From Fastidiosibacter lacustris (GTDB lineage Bacteria > Pseudomonadota > Gammaproteobacteria > Francisellales > Francisellaceae): a DNA stretch of 32,000 bases. Where the stretch lies: contig NZ_QLIR01000003.1 of NCBI RefSeq assembly GCF_003428155.1, forward strand, positions 30,001 through 62,000, in the 5' to 3' direction. The position numbers and the translations under genes were made by a program. This document shows positions 17,620 through 29,100 of the stretch, piece after piece. How positions within the stretch are numbered: the first letter of the stretch is position 1; the number at the start of each line of letters is the position of its first letter. The notes beneath the pieces are model-generated. The model had not been told where the DNA came from, searched no databases, and saw nothing but the letters and a program-made list of their open reading frames with translations.

Positions 17620-18789
17620 GTGTCAAAACTAAAAATAAAAATGAAAACTACCATGCAAATGATGTTTTGTATTTTTCTTATTTTACCTTTCAATACCAGC
17701 ATGGCATCGTTGAGTGCTATTCCAACCGTTATTGTTGTACCTCAACCGATACAGCTGAATGCAAAAAGTTGGGTGTTAATGGACTTTGAAACAGGTGAAA
17801 TTATCAGTGAATTTAATATGAATGAACAACGTGCTCCAGCAAGCTTAACTAAAATTATGACGGCTTATGTGATTGCAAGTGAAATTCAACAAGATGCTTT
17901 AAAGCTGGATCAAAAAATCATAATCAGCAAACATGCTTCACAAAAGGGCGGCTCTAAAATGTTTATTAGAGATGGGGAGCAGATTACGGTTGAAAACTTG
18001 TTACGTGGAATGATGATTCAGTCAGGGAATGATGCCAGTGTTGCATTAGCCGAGTTTGTAGCAGGGTCGAGTGAGAACTTTGCTTTCATCATGAATAAAG
18101 TGGCAAAAGCTCTAGGGTTGAAAAATACCAATTTTGTTAATCCTGATGGTTTGCCGGCTGAAAATGAGCATAGTAGTGCATTTGATATGGCAGTGTTGAC
18201 TCGAGCATTTATCTATAATTACCCTGCGATTTACAAGTTGTATTCAGAAACCTCCTTTTCGTATAATAACATCACTCAACCAAACCGTAATCGTTTGTTA
18301 AAAAACTATGAAGGCACGGATGGAGTTAAGACAGGTTATACCAATAAAGCCGCTTATAATATCGTTGTATCGGCCAAACGTGATCAACAAAGACTTATCG
18401 GTGTAGTGATGGGGGCCCCCAGTGCATCGATTCGTGAAGCTGAAGCACAAAAACTTTTAAATTTTGGTTTCAGCAAATATACCAATTACACGGTTGCTAT
18501 TTCAGGCGATACGATGGAAATTGATGCAAAAAATATTATTAATGCCAAAAATAATCAAGTTCTAAAGCTTCAAACGCAAGAAACCATTACAAAAACTATT
18601 CCTAAGTCATTTGTGCCTCATATTAACAAAAAAATTATTCTGCTACCTGGATTGAAAGCACCTATTCAAAAAAATCAAAAAGTGGGTAGTCTCCACGTTA
18701 CTGCTGGTGATCACGTTATTACCGATATAGCGCTTTATGCTAGCAATGATCTAGCTGAGAAGAACTTTTTTAATAGATTATTTAGTTGA
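17620..18789 (+). CDS. D-alanyl-D-alanine carboxypeptidase, PBP5/6 family (peptidase S11)
   Basis: aaaggag lies 9 nt upstream of GTG 17620. Has a signal peptide. Carries all three active-site motifs: SLTK (SxxK), SGN (SxN) and KTG. Confidence 0.88.
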   Translation: MSKLKIKMKTTMQMMFCIFLILPFNTSMASLSAIPTVIVVPQPIQLNAKSWVLMDFETGEIISEFNMNEQRAPASLTKIMTAYVIASEIQQDALKLDQKIIISKHASQKGGSKMFIRDGEQITVENLLRGMMIQSGNDASVALAEFVAGSSENFAFIMNKVAKALGLKNTNFVNPDGLPAENEHSSAFDMAVLTRAFIYNYPAIYKLYSETSFSYNNITQPNRNRLLKNYEGTDGVKTGYTNKAAYNIVVSAKRDQQRLIGVVMGAPSASIREAEAQKLLNFGFSKYTNYTVAISGDTMEIDAKNIINAKNNQVLKLQTQETITKTIPKSFVPHINKKIILLPGLKAPIQKNQKVGSLHVTAGDHVITDIALYASNDLAEKNFFNRLFS

Positions 18790-18882
18790 TGCTTTTCCTA
18801 GTTTAATGGTGTGAACTTGTTTTAGAAAAACTTTCTAAGACGGTCGTGGGTATATTTAAATAAAATAGTGCAGTTATTTCTA

Positions 18883-18910
18883 TTAAGCTAAGAGCTTAAG
18901 TTCTTGTTTT
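18883..18910 (+). terminator. Possible rho-independent terminator after the carboxypeptidase gene
   Basis: ttaagct-aag-agcttaa (7-bp stem, 3-nt loop) followed by gttcttgtttt. The stem is AT-rich, so the structure is weak. Confidence 0.3.
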
Positions 18911-18925
18911 GTATTGCTTAAGGCA

Positions 18926-19651
18926 TTACTTTAGCAGCTGTAATAGCGATTGCAGATAGCTGAAGAAGGCTTTAGGTATATAGATGTGCATATGCTTTTC
19001 GACAACTAAATATTCAAGTAATTTATTTTTTTTACCGAGAAAGTTGTATTTCGTTTTAACATTATAAATAACATCATCAATTGTGCGGGAGCTAAGTTGA
19101 AGAAAAAATCCGACTTGTTTAGAGGTATAGCCAAGTGATAATAAATAAACTATTTCAAATTCACGTGCACTGAGTATATCGAATGTGTTGACGATGGCTA
19201 GGGAGTTTTGACCCAAATTTCCTTTATGTGAACAAAGTGGCAATAAAGATAATCTAATAGAGAGTTCAATCAACTGTTGACTATTGTTTGGCTGCCAGCC
19301 GTAAAAATTAGTGCCAATAACGTTACCATTATCTAATTTTGGTAGATTAATGCTATATATTGCGGTCAATCTATTGTTGAAGTAATGTACATCTAACATT
19401 TCAAGCGGTTTTTGGGTTGTTTCAATAAGGCGTTCTAAAAAGGCAAATTGATCCCCGTATTCGCTTATTCCATTTGGTAAAACCTCATCAGATTGTCCAA
19501 TAATGGATTCATCTACCCCAAGGAGCTGAAAAAAACTATCAGAACAACTTATATACCTTGAATTTTGGTCTCTACTATTAAGATAAATCTCTTTATTTTT
19601 CGGTAGAATAAGAGGTTTATCGTTAACCCAAATAACATTGCTATTAGGCAT
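18926..19651 (-). CDS. PAS-like sensor / LuxR (GerE)-type HTH transcriptional regulator
   Basis: SD aaagga. C-terminal LSAREFEIVYLLSLGYTSKQVGFFLQLSSRTIDDVIYNVKTKYN is a LuxR-type HTH. The N-terminal YISCSDSFFQLLGVDESIIGQSDEVLP is PAS-like. Confidence 0.78.
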   Translation of the reverse strand: MPNSNVIWVNDKPLILPKNKEIYLNSRDQNSRYISCSDSFFQLLGVDESIIGQSDEVLPNGISEYGDQFAFLERLIETTQKPLEMLDVHYFNNRLTAIYSINLPKLDNGNVIGTNFYGWQPNNSQQLIELSIRLSLLPLCSHKGNLGQNSLAIVNTFDILSAREFEIVYLLSLGYTSKQVGFFLQLSSRTIDDVIYNVKTKYNFLGKKNKLLEYLVVEKHMHIYIPKAFFSYLQSLLQLLK

Positions 19652-19926
19652 AGTTTTATCCTTTGCGTTTACAATTTATTAATATTTAAACGATTGAAAA
19701 TCACTATTTTTATGGGGATTTACAATCCGGGCGAAGTATAGCAAATGAGTCGAAAATATAAAACTTATTATGCATTATTTTTGTTCGAAAATAAGACAAT
19801 ATAGTCTTATCTTATAAAGTTAGAAGTAATTCAAATTTATCATTATTTACTTTCTATAATTGAGGCTTTTTTCGGAGTAAATTGCAAAAATCAATTTACA
19901 ATAGGTATAAACAAATTCACTATTTT

Positions 19927-19954
19927 CTTGAAAAAAATTTTCTAATCCACACTT
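19927..19954 (+). promoter_or_regulatory. Putative sigma-32 heat-shock promoter for clpB
   Basis: CTTGAAA, then 13 nt, then CCACACTT, compared with the consensus CTTGAAA-N13-15-CCCCATnT. It lies about 130 nt upstream of the clpB ATG. Confidence 0.35.
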
Positions 19955-20084
19955 GATTAGGCATTGAAATTTCATAACGTCTATAAGTGATAAGCATGAT
20001 GCCTATCTATAGTAAAATAAGGATAGCTCAAGTTGACTTCCCATGTTTTGAAATGATTAGTGTAATAAAAAAAGAGAGTAAAAA

Positions 20085-22685
20085 ATGAAAGCAGAAAAAT
20101 TTACCCATAAGTTACAAGAAGCGCTCAATGAAGCACAAAGTTTAGCGATTAGTAAAAGTCATACTATGCTTGAACCTGTGCATGTTTTAAAAGCATTGCT
20201 TGATCAGGAAGGTGAAATGATTCCCTCTATTATTACTCAAGCAGGTGGTAATTTAAGTGCGCTTAATAGTGAGTTGCGTAATGCCTTAGGTAGCCTTGCC
20301 AGCAGTGGTGCCGCAAGTCAAATCGGAGCCTCTAATAGCCTTATTAGAATATTACAACAAATGGAAAAAATGACACTTGAGAAGAAAGATGAATTTATTT
20401 CTAGTGATTTATTTCTAATCGCAGGTTTTAGTGATAGTACACTAAGTAAAATTTTCAAGGCAGCTAATTTAACAAAAGAGGCTATCGAGGCTGCTGTTGA
20501 TAGGGTAAGAGGTGGTGCGCGTGTTGAAAGTCAAAATGCCGAAGATATGCAAGGTGCGTTAAAAAAATATACAATCGATTTAACTGAACGCGCGCGTCAA
20601 GGGAAAATTGATCCTGTGATTGGGCGAGATGATGAGATTCGGCGTACGATTCAAGTATTACAACGACGCACTAAAAATAATCCGGTTTTGATTGGGCGAC
20701 CTGGTGTGGGGAAAACCGCAATTGTAGAAGGCTTAGCGCAACGTATTGTGAACAATGAAGTGCCTGAGGGTATTCGCAATAAACGCATTTTATCTTTGGA
20801 CTTAGGTGCTTTGTTAGCAGGTGCTAAATTTAGAGGGGATTTTGAAGAGCGTTTGAAGGCTGTCCTTAAAGAACTTGCCAAACAAGAGGGTAGTGTGATT
20901 TTGTTTATTGATGAACTACACACTATGGTTGGAGCAGGTAAAGCAGAAGGTTCAATGGATGCCGGTAATATGTTGAAACCCGCACTTGCTCGTGGAGAAT
21001 TAAAGTGTGTGGGTGCAACAACGCTTGATGAATATCGTGAGCATGTTGAGAAAGATCCTGCATTGGAGCGTCGTTTCCAAAAAGTGTTAGTAGATGAACC
21101 GACGGTAGAAGACACGATTGCTATTTTGCGTGGTTTGAAAGAACGTTACGAAGTCCATCATGGTGTGGATATCACTGATCCTGCAATTGTTGCAGCTGCC
21201 ACTTTATCACATCGTTATATTAGTGATAGACAACTACCAGATAAAGCAATTGATTTAATGGATGAAGCAGCCAGCCAAATTCGAATGGAGATTGATTCAC
21301 GACCTGAGGAAATGGAAAAACTCTATCGACGTATTATTCAACTGAAAATGCAGCGTGAGCAATTAAAGAAAGAAAAAGACGAAGCAACCAGAAAACGCTT
21401 AGATGTATTAGAGGAAGAAATCAAGGCATTAGAGAAAGAATATTCAGGCTTTGAAGAAATTTGGAAATCCGAAAAGGCACAAATGCAAGGGTCACAAAAA
21501 TTAAAAGAGCAGCTTGATCAGTCTAAAATTGAATTGGAAGCAGCTAAACGTGTTGGTGATTTGTCTAAAATGGCTGAGTTGCAATATGGACTTATTCCAC
21601 AGTTAGAAGAACAAATTAAGTCCCTTGCCAGTTCTGATCCAATTAAAACGAAGTTAGTGCGTACTCAAGTAACTGAAAATGAAATTGCAGAAGTGGTTTC
21701 AAAATCAACAGGTATTCCTGTGAGTAAGATGATGGAAGGGGAGCGCGAAAAGTTATTGCATATGGAGGAGTTTTTAGCTAAACGCGTGATTGGTCAAAAA
21801 GAAGCGATTGTTGCAGTGTCTAATGCTATTAGACGTGCACGTTCTGGTTTATCTGATCCTAATCGCCCAACTGGATCATTTTTATTTTTAGGACCAACAG
21901 GTGTGGGTAAAACAGAGCTAACTAAGGCGCTTTCTGAGTTTATGTTTGACAGCGAAGATGTTATGCTTCGAATCGATATGTCAGAGTTTATGGAGAAACA
22001 TTCGGTTGCACGTCTAATTGGAGCACCCCCAGGATATGTGGGTTACGAGCAAGGTGGTTATTTAACTGAGCATATTCGTCGTAAACCTTATTCGGTAATT
22101 TTACTTGATGAGGTTGAAAAAGCGCATCCAGATGTATTTAATATTTTGTTGCAAATTTTAGATGATGGACGCTTAACCGATAGTCATGGGCGCACAGTTG
22201 ATTTTAAAAATACCGTACTTATTATGACGTCTAATTTAGGTTCACATTTGATTCAGGAAAAACTACAAATCGAAGGTTATGATAAGGTCAAAGAGCAAGT
22301 CATACAGATTGTTTTACAGCACTTTAGACCTGAATTTATCAATCGTATTGATGAAACAGTTGTGTTTGAACCATTGAATAAAGAAATGATTAAAGAAATT
22401 GCTGAAATTCAAATCAACCGTGTGCGTAAACGTTTGCAAGATCGCGAGCTTAAACTTGATATTTCACCTTATGCAATGGATGAGTTGGCTGATCATGGTT
22501 TTGATCCAGTATTTGGTGCAAGACCTTTGAAGCGAGCAATTCAACATTATATTGAGAATCCGCTTGCTACTTATCTATTAGAAGGAAGATATGTTACAGG
22601 TGATACGATTCAGGTCAATATCGAAAACGATGGTTTTGTATTTTCTAAGAAGGTTGAAAAAATTGTTGATAGTGCAGCAAGATAA
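20085..22685 (+). CDS. clpB: ClpB disaggregase chaperone (AAA+ class I)
   Basis: Two Walker A boxes ([16 protein letters not shown]), a long middle coiled coil, and conserved blocks [30 protein letters not shown]. Confidence 0.97.
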   Translation: MKAEKFTHKLQEALNEAQSLAISKSHTMLEPVHVLKALLDQEGEMIPSIITQAGGNLSALNSELRNALGSLASSGAASQIGASNSLIRILQQMEKMTLEKKDEFISSDLFLIAGFSDSTLSKIFKAANLTKEAIEAAVDRVRGGARVESQNAEDMQGALKKYTIDLTERARQGKIDPVIGRDDEIRRTIQVLQRRTKNNPVLIGRPGVGKTAIVEGLAQRIVNNEVPEGIRNKRILSLDLGALLAGAKFRGDFEERLKAVLKELAKQEGSVILFIDELHTMVGAGKAEGSMDAGNMLKPALARGELKCVGATTLDEYREHVEKDPALERRFQKVLVDEPTVEDTIAILRGLKERYEVHHGVDITDPAIVAAATLSHRYISDRQLPDKAIDLMDEAASQIRMEIDSRPEEMEKLYRRIIQLKMQREQLKKEKDEATRKRLDVLEEEIKALEKEYSGFEEIWKSEKAQMQGSQKLKEQLDQSKIELEAAKRVGDLSKMAELQYGLIPQLEEQIKSLASSDPIKTKLVRTQVTENEIAEVVSKSTGIPVSKMMEGEREKLLHMEEFLAKRVIGQKEAIVAVSNAIRRARSGLSDPNRPTGSFLFLGPTGVGKTELTKALSEFMFDSEDVMLRIDMSEFMEKHSVARLIGAPPGYVGYEQGGYLTEHIRRKPYSVILLDEVEKAHPDVFNILLQILDDGRLTDSHGRTVDFKNTVLIMTSNLGSHLIQEKLQIEGYDKVKEQVIQIVLQHFRPEFINRIDETVVFEPLNKEMIKEIAEIQINRVRKRLQDRELKLDISPYAMDELADHGFDPVFGARPLKRAIQHYIENPLATYLLEGRYVTGDTIQVNIENDGFVFSKKVEKIVDSAAR

Positions 22686-22703
22686 ATGGTACTAAAATGC
22701 AAA

Positions 22704-23450
22704 TTAAATTAACTCAAAGGACTTATTAGTCTCAAATGATGTATTACTTTCAAGTGCAATTTCGATCATTTTGGTTAATGCCATTTGACGTTCTTGGCTC
22801 GTGGTTACTTCTTTTGTAATAAAAGAATCTGAAACCGTGAGTAAGCATGCAGCCTTTTTACCATAAGCTTGTGCATTAGCAAATAATGCGACTGATTCCA
22901 TTTCAACTGCTTTACAACCTTGTTCGGCGTGTATTTTTATATACTCATTAAATTCTTTTCGATAAAACACATCAGTACAGTGTACTTTAGCAGAGATGAT
23001 AGGGATTTGTAATTGTTTAGCCGTTTCTGAAATATGTTTGGTTAATATTTCATTAGGTTTGATATTACGTGTTTTTTGACCTGTCACGATTTCAATATAA
23101 TCAGATTCGCAATAAGCTTCTGTTACTAAAACCACATCATATACATTAATTTCAGGAACGTATGAGCCGCAAGAACCAATGCGAATAATATTATCAACAT
23201 CATAGTGATTGAACAGCTCAGCAGTGTAAATGCCGGCACTAGGGATACCCATGCCATGTGCCATCACACTTACTTTCTTGCCTTTGTATGTCCCTGTATA
23301 GGCAAACATATTGCGTACAGTGTTAATGAGCTTAGCATCTTCTAAATAGTTTTCGGCAATAAGTTTTGCTCGAAGTGGATCACCTGGCATGATAACGGTT
23401 TTAGCAAATAAGTTTTTGTCGGTGACTTCAATATGGGGCGTTGGAATCAT
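22704..23450 (-). CDS. deoD: Purine nucleoside phosphorylase, DeoD type
   Basis: TPHI...MPGDPLRAKLIAENYLEDAKLINTVRNMFAYTGTYKGKKVSVMAHGMGIPSAGIY aligns closely with E. coli DeoD as I recall it. Confidence 0.9.
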   Translation of the reverse strand: MIPTPHIEVTDKNLFAKTVIMPGDPLRAKLIAENYLEDAKLINTVRNMFAYTGTYKGKKVSVMAHGMGIPSAGIYTAELFNHYDVDNIIRIGSCGSYVPEINVYDVVLVTEAYCESDYIEIVTGQKTRNIKPNEILTKHISETAKQLQIPIISAKVHCTDVFYRKEFNEYIKIHAEQGCKAVEMESVALFANAQAYGKKAACLLTVSDSFITKEVTTSQERQMALTKMIEIALESNTSFETNKSFELI

Positions 23451-23734
23451 TTTATGTCCTTAGCTATACAGTAAATTAATGAACGCCATTGTAATCCTTT
23501 CAACTGCAATAGACAAATTATAATAGCTTATCGCACTGGAAACGTTATTAAAAAATGAAAGTGAATGAAAACAATAAAGTGGTTCGTAATGGATATATAA
23601 ATACTGTTTAGCATGAAGGAGAAAAATTAAAATTATAAGGTATTTTTGTAGAAAATATAATTTTTTAGTGAAATCTGCTAGTGAGTTGTAATAGTATTAC
23701 TTGGTTAAGTAATAAAATAAATGGGAGATGATGT

Positions 23735-25183
23735 ATGAAAGTTCACAAGGTGGGGTTATTTTCAGCTATTGCAATTCCTGTTACATCAATGGTTGGTTCA
23801 GGTTGGCTCTTTAGCGCACAATTAAACGCCCAGCTTGCTGGGAATTATGCTTTTATTGCATGGGTAATTGCAGCTTTTATTGCAATTATCGTTGGACTTT
23901 GCTTTGCTAAGTTATGCGCACTTTATCCAGAGAGAGGACTAAATGCTAAGTGTGTTTCATTGAGTCATGGTAAAGACTTTGGTATGGTGTTTGCATTTGC
24001 AATTTGGTTTGGTTTGTTAGCGATGATTCCAACCGAAGCACAAGCCACTGTACAATATTTAAGTCCATTTGTTGAGTTTACTACTTTATATCAAGGTGAG
24101 AGTCTGACCTGGTCAGGTAAGATTTTTGCCGTAATCATTTTAGGGATATATTTCATTGTTAATTATTTTGGGATTAAGTTATTAGCATATGTAAATAACG
24201 TATCAACTATTTTTAAAATTAGCATTCCGACGTTGACGATTATTGTATTGCTTGTTGCTCATTTTGATAGCACTAATTTAACCTTAGCAGTAAATGATTA
24301 TGCTGCAAGCTCGATTAAAACAGCTTTGATCGGAGCTGGTCTTGTTTATGCTTTTAACGGTTTTCAGGTAGTAGCATCGTTTGCCAGTGAAATTAAAAAC
24401 CCAACGCGTAACATTCCATTGGCAATTATTATTTCTGTTGCTGCAACTTTAGTGTTGTATATATTATTACAATTTACATTTATGACAGCGTTACCACATG
24501 ATGTGGCAGCAAAGGGCTGGACGTCACTGAATTTCTCAAGCCCTCTTGTCAATTTAACCATTTTGCTAGGGCTAAATTTTTTAACGGTATTGTTAATCGC
24601 TGATTCAATCGTAAGTCCATCGATAACAGGTTTAACTTACTTAGGTTCTTGTTCAAGAATGCTTTATGCTATGGCAGAAAAAGGACAAATGCCACACTGG
24701 ATCGCAAAATTATGTCCCGTTCACCATTTATCAAAGCGTTCGCTATTACTCAATTTTATAATTGGGATTATCATTTTATTAAATTCAGCAAGTTGGGCAT
24801 CGCTGATGGTGATTACAACTGCCTTTAATGTCTTAGGTTATATGGGTGCACCTATTTCCTTGGCGGTACTGGGAAGTAAAAAAACGTCAACTAGGCTGAT
24901 GACTTTATTTGTATTTATTGTTTTGTCTTTACTGTTGACAACCTTGTCGATAAAAGATTTTTGGTTAAGTAATCTAGCCATTACCGTGATGATGGTGATT
25001 TACGCAATATTGCAATTTAAGCAAGGTGGATTTAACTGGTATGGATTAACATTTGTGATCTTTTTATGGTTACTGATGCTAGTAGCAAGTTCTGTAATAT
25101 TAACGATTATTTTGGCGATCATATTTTTTGTTATTATTACCAGCCCACAATTTATCAATAGATTAGGACATAAAGTTGTCTGA
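23735..25183 (+). CDS. APC-superfamily amino acid permease
   Basis: About 12 hydrophobic segments. N-terminal AIAIPVTSMVGSGWLF and FASEIKNPTRNIPLAII are typical amino-acid permease signatures. Confidence 0.72.
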   Translation: MKVHKVGLFSAIAIPVTSMVGSGWLFSAQLNAQLAGNYAFIAWVIAAFIAIIVGLCFAKLCALYPERGLNAKCVSLSHGKDFGMVFAFAIWFGLLAMIPTEAQATVQYLSPFVEFTTLYQGESLTWSGKIFAVIILGIYFIVNYFGIKLLAYVNNVSTIFKISIPTLTIIVLLVAHFDSTNLTLAVNDYAASSIKTALIGAGLVYAFNGFQVVASFASEIKNPTRNIPLAIIISVAATLVLYILLQFTFMTALPHDVAAKGWTSLNFSSPLVNLTILLGLNFLTVLLIADSIVSPSITGLTYLGSCSRMLYAMAEKGQMPHWIAKLCPVHHLSKRSLLLNFIIGIIILLNSASWASLMVITTAFNVLGYMGAPISLAVLGSKKTSTRLMTLFVFIVLSLLLTTLSIKDFWLSNLAITVMMVIYAILQFKQGGFNWYGLTFVIFLWLLMLVASSVILTIILAIIFFVIITSPQFINRLGHKVV

Positions 25184-25185
25184 TC

Positions 25186-26142
<957 letters not shown>

Positions 26143-26393
26143 TTACATACTCCTAAATTAACCTAATAATGAGGCATTGAAACAGTGTTCTTTTTTATAC
26201 CTAAAACGCGTTACATAGTAAACGTAAAGTTTGCGAGAATCCAGAGAGCCATTGCAAATCATTTACAGTCGAATGATATCCCTTGCAACAAACATCAATT
26301 TTAGCCATTTTGTTCAAATGCTCCCTCTAGTCCATTTTTTAGAATACTATAATCTACAGTTATAAATGCTGAAAGAGAATGTTACCCTGTGGA

Positions 26394-27272
26394 TTATACA
26401 TTTATGCTTTTTCGGTAAAGCTTAAAGATAATCGAAAGTGTCAAAATGAGAGCAAATAGAGTTGCAAAGATACCATCGACCATGATTGCCCTAATATCAC
26501 CAGCGAAAACAAGCTCAAAAATAAATGCCATAAGTGGTGTAAAGCCCATAGCAATAGAATGAATATTTGGTCCAACTTTGGCGATGGATATTTGTGAACA
26601 GTAAATAGGAATAATTAAACTAATTAAGCTAAGCGCTAATGTTAACCATAAAACTTTGTCATCAATCAATGTCAGTTCACCATGGGTTGCACTCCAAATA
26701 AATGGGATTAAAAACAGTAAGATGTAGCGTGAAGCTAGAATTTCGCTGGCAGAAAAAGACAATAAATTCATCTGGTAAGATAGGTGTGAATATAGATACA
26801 TAGTAACACCAACAATAAGTGTACCGATCAGAAGAAATGCAAATTCATTCCATGAATAAACATTGGTGAGCGTCACATAAAACGCGGTGATAATCAGAAA
26901 TAGCAATAGTGTAAAGAGTAAATCGCTTTTGTCTTTCTTTTTCCGCCAAAGCATGTAAGAACCGATAACAGAGGGGAAAGCCGTGGCAAAAAACATAAGT
27001 AATGCAGGGCTGTAATATACGGGAATTATAAAGCTCATTAACCACATGAGTAGAAAAATAAAGATTACTTGCAGGTAGAGATTTTTATGTTGCCATAGTT
27101 TTTTGTAAAGTGAAACAAGCGTTTTATAAGATACTAAATGAAAAAAGACAAGTGCATATAGACTGCTTAGAGTGATCATTAAGCCCACTGGAATTTCGTT
27201 TCCTACGTTGTGTATCAGGCTTACTGAGGCGCCGTTTATGATAATAAAGGCGATGGTAAAAAAATATTTCAT
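26394..27272 (-). CDS. DMT/EamA-like ~10-TM membrane protein (putative exporter), translationally coupled to the ATP-grasp gene
   Basis: ATG 27272 lies 1 nt after the ATP-grasp TAA (taaAATG arrangement). The protein is two-fold repeated and very hydrophobic. The tracked TTG start at 27311 would overlap the upstream gene by 38 nt. Confidence 0.5.
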   Translation of the reverse strand: MKYFFTIAFIIINGASVSLIHNVGNEIPVGLMITLSSLYALVFFHLVSYKTLVSLYKKLWQHKNLYLQVIFIFLLMWLMSFIIPVYYSPALLMFFATAFPSVIGSYMLWRKKKDKSDLLFTLLLFLIITAFYVTLTNVYSWNEFAFLLIGTLIVGVTMYLYSHLSYQMNLLSFSASEILASRYILLFLIPFIWSATHGELTLIDDKVLWLTLALSLISLIIPIYCSQISIAKVGPNIHSIAMGFTPLMAFIFELVFAGDIRAIMVDGIFATLFALILTLSIIFKLYRKSINV

Positions 27273-27273
27273 T

Positions 27274-28461
27274 TTATAAGATATCCATATCCAGTAAGAT
27301 TGAAGTTTCATGTTCTAGCACATCAAAAGAAGAATGTGCCAGAAGTACCAGTGAACGAATGTCGGTTAAATCAGGGGTCCTGGAGAGATCGAGAGGCTCT
27401 TGCGTGAACGTTACATGACTGTGGTAACTCGCAAACTGTGAAAAATCTATTGTTTTGTGAGTATATAAGCATAGCGTGCGTACATAATGACAAGACAGAT
27501 TCAAGTCACTGGTCTTGGGTTCATCTCCTCTTAAGTAATGCACAAGCATCATATCTTGTGTATTTAGTCCCTGGGCTTTTGTCATCTTATTTAAGAAGCC
27601 AGAAGCACCACTGATTCTTGGATTTAATTCAATTAATCTGAACTCACCGTTTTCAAGATGAAATAGTTCGGTATGAGCAAAGCCATTTTGATAATCACAA
27701 GCATTTAGGACATTTTCCACAAAACTTATCACTTGATTTCTAAGCCCATGATCATATATTGGCTCTATGGTTCGATATACAGGGCTGCCTAGATAGTAGT
27801 TCTTGCGGTAGGTGAATATATTACTGATGTAGTGTCTTCCTTTCACTGAGAAAGAGTCTATAACCACCTCCTTTCCTTCTATATATTCTTGAATCAGATA
27901 ATGGTGGATAGGGTCAAAGTTGACCATTTTAGGACTTGATTTTAGTTTTTCTATCAATTCTTCATAAGTCTTTGCCATGAATATACCAATAGATCCTCCA
28001 CCGTTAGCAGGTTTGGCAAATACAGGATAATTAAAGGGTATAACCGCTTCATATTCGGGTATGGTGCAATCAAATAACATTTGTTGAATGGCTGGCATGC
28101 CTGATGCTGCCATTGCTTGTTGCTGTAAAAATTTGCTTTCCCGTAAATGCAAAGATTCCAGTTTATTGGCTGTGTTCGGTGTTAGCCTTCGTGCTAATTC
28201 CTCGGCAAAAGGTAAATGCTGGTCACATCCATTTAGTACGAAATCAATGCGAAAGTTCTGAAGTGCCTCTATTGCAGTATCCACATTCTGTTCCCCATGC
28301 AAATGAATCTGACGGTCGAATAAATGTGCAGCAGGTTGATTGAATGCAGCTATATTACTCATGTCCGAAAATAAAGCGATGGAGTAAATCCCTTGTTCCT
28401 TTAAAGCTGTGGATAAATAACCTGCGGAATGAATAGGGTCGATGATCAGTAATGTTTTCAT
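27274..28461 (-). CDS. ATP-grasp superfamily carboxylate-amine ligase (L-amino-acid-ligase-like)
   Basis: Rossmann-like N-domain MKTLLIIDPIHSAGYL, then PVFAKPANGGGSIGI, LIQEYIEGKEVVIDSF and HTELFHLENGEFRLIELNPRISGASG, which are typical ATP-grasp Mg/ATP-binding blocks. Confidence 0.8.
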   Translation of the reverse strand: MKTLLIIDPIHSAGYLSTALKEQGIYSIALFSDMSNIAAFNQPAAHLFDRQIHLHGEQNVDTAIEALQNFRIDFVLNGCDQHLPFAEELARRLTPNTANKLESLHLRESKFLQQQAMAASGMPAIQQMLFDCTIPEYEAVIPFNYPVFAKPANGGGSIGIFMAKTYEELIEKLKSSPKMVNFDPIHHYLIQEYIEGKEVVIDSFSVKGRHYISNIFTYRKNYYLGSPVYRTIEPIYDHGLRNQVISFVENVLNACDYQNGFAHTELFHLENGEFRLIELNPRISGASGFLNKMTKAQGLNTQDMMLVHYLRGDEPKTSDLNLSCHYVRTLCLYTHKTIDFSQFASYHSHVTFTQEPLDLSRTPDLTDIRSLVLLAHSSFDVLEHETSILLDMDIL

Positions 28462-28655
28462 ATTTTTATATCCTATATATCCATTTAATTATGATAACTT
28501 TTTGTGCACCTTGTGCCGATATTTCTTGATACAGCAAAAAGTCAAATTTCAGTCGATCACAATTTTGTTTCAAGTGTTACATGAGAACTCTTGGGTGCTA
28601 CGCCGTAATAAATGGCGAGTAATCATAGAAAAACTCACTACGGTGTTTGTCTAGA

Positions 28656-28841
<186 letters not shown>

Positions 28842-28996
28842 ATGCTTGATGATTATTGCAACCAATTTTATTTAGATATTAATAAATTGTATCCTTTTGT
28901 GTATTTTGGATGGATTATAATAATCTCTCTAAAAGAGGTTAAGTGGACTCCATAAGGAGAACAAAGCTTATTTCATTAGAAATATATAAAGATATT

Positions 28997-29027
28997 AAAA
29001 CTTTGCATCACAGTAATGCAAAGTTTT
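28997..29027. repeat. Perfect 12-bp inverted repeat with a 7-nt spacer in the divergent intergenic region; it could be an operator or a bidirectional hairpin
   Basis: aaaactttgcat-cacagta-atgcaaagtttt. A palindromic tttgcaaa half-site follows at 29034-29041. Confidence 0.9.
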
Positions 29028-29100
29028 AAAGTGTTTGCAAAGTTAATAACCTTCAGTATAGTGAGCGTCATTATGAGCTTTAATCAATAAGTTTTAAACG

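Noticed and set aside
17574-17789. 71-aa ORF overlapping the start of the carboxypeptidase gene
   Set aside because: It is an alternative frame of the carboxypeptidase signal-peptide region. The carboxypeptidase frame has the SD and the conserved motifs.
17620-18789. DD-carboxypeptidase as a pilus-dedicated peptidoglycan-remodelling enzyme replacing PilT (lytic transglycosylase)
   Set aside because: It has a full PBP5/6 motif set and its own SD after a 116-nt gap, and it looks like a normal housekeeping dacA/dacC-type gene. Adjacency alone is not evidence.
20651-21115. 154-aa antisense ORF inside clpB, and similar antisense or overlapping ORFs at 1978-2250, 2228-2506, 2412-2594, 4690-4896, 11616-11810, 12067-12270, 12412-12606, 13538-13981, 14103-14393, 15019-15306, 15694-15891, 24364-24561, 25353-25538, 26845-27045, 28104-28343, 28442-28654, 29565-29783 and 31314-31499
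   Set aside because: All are embedded in or opposite strongly supported genes, and their composition is typical of shadow frames.
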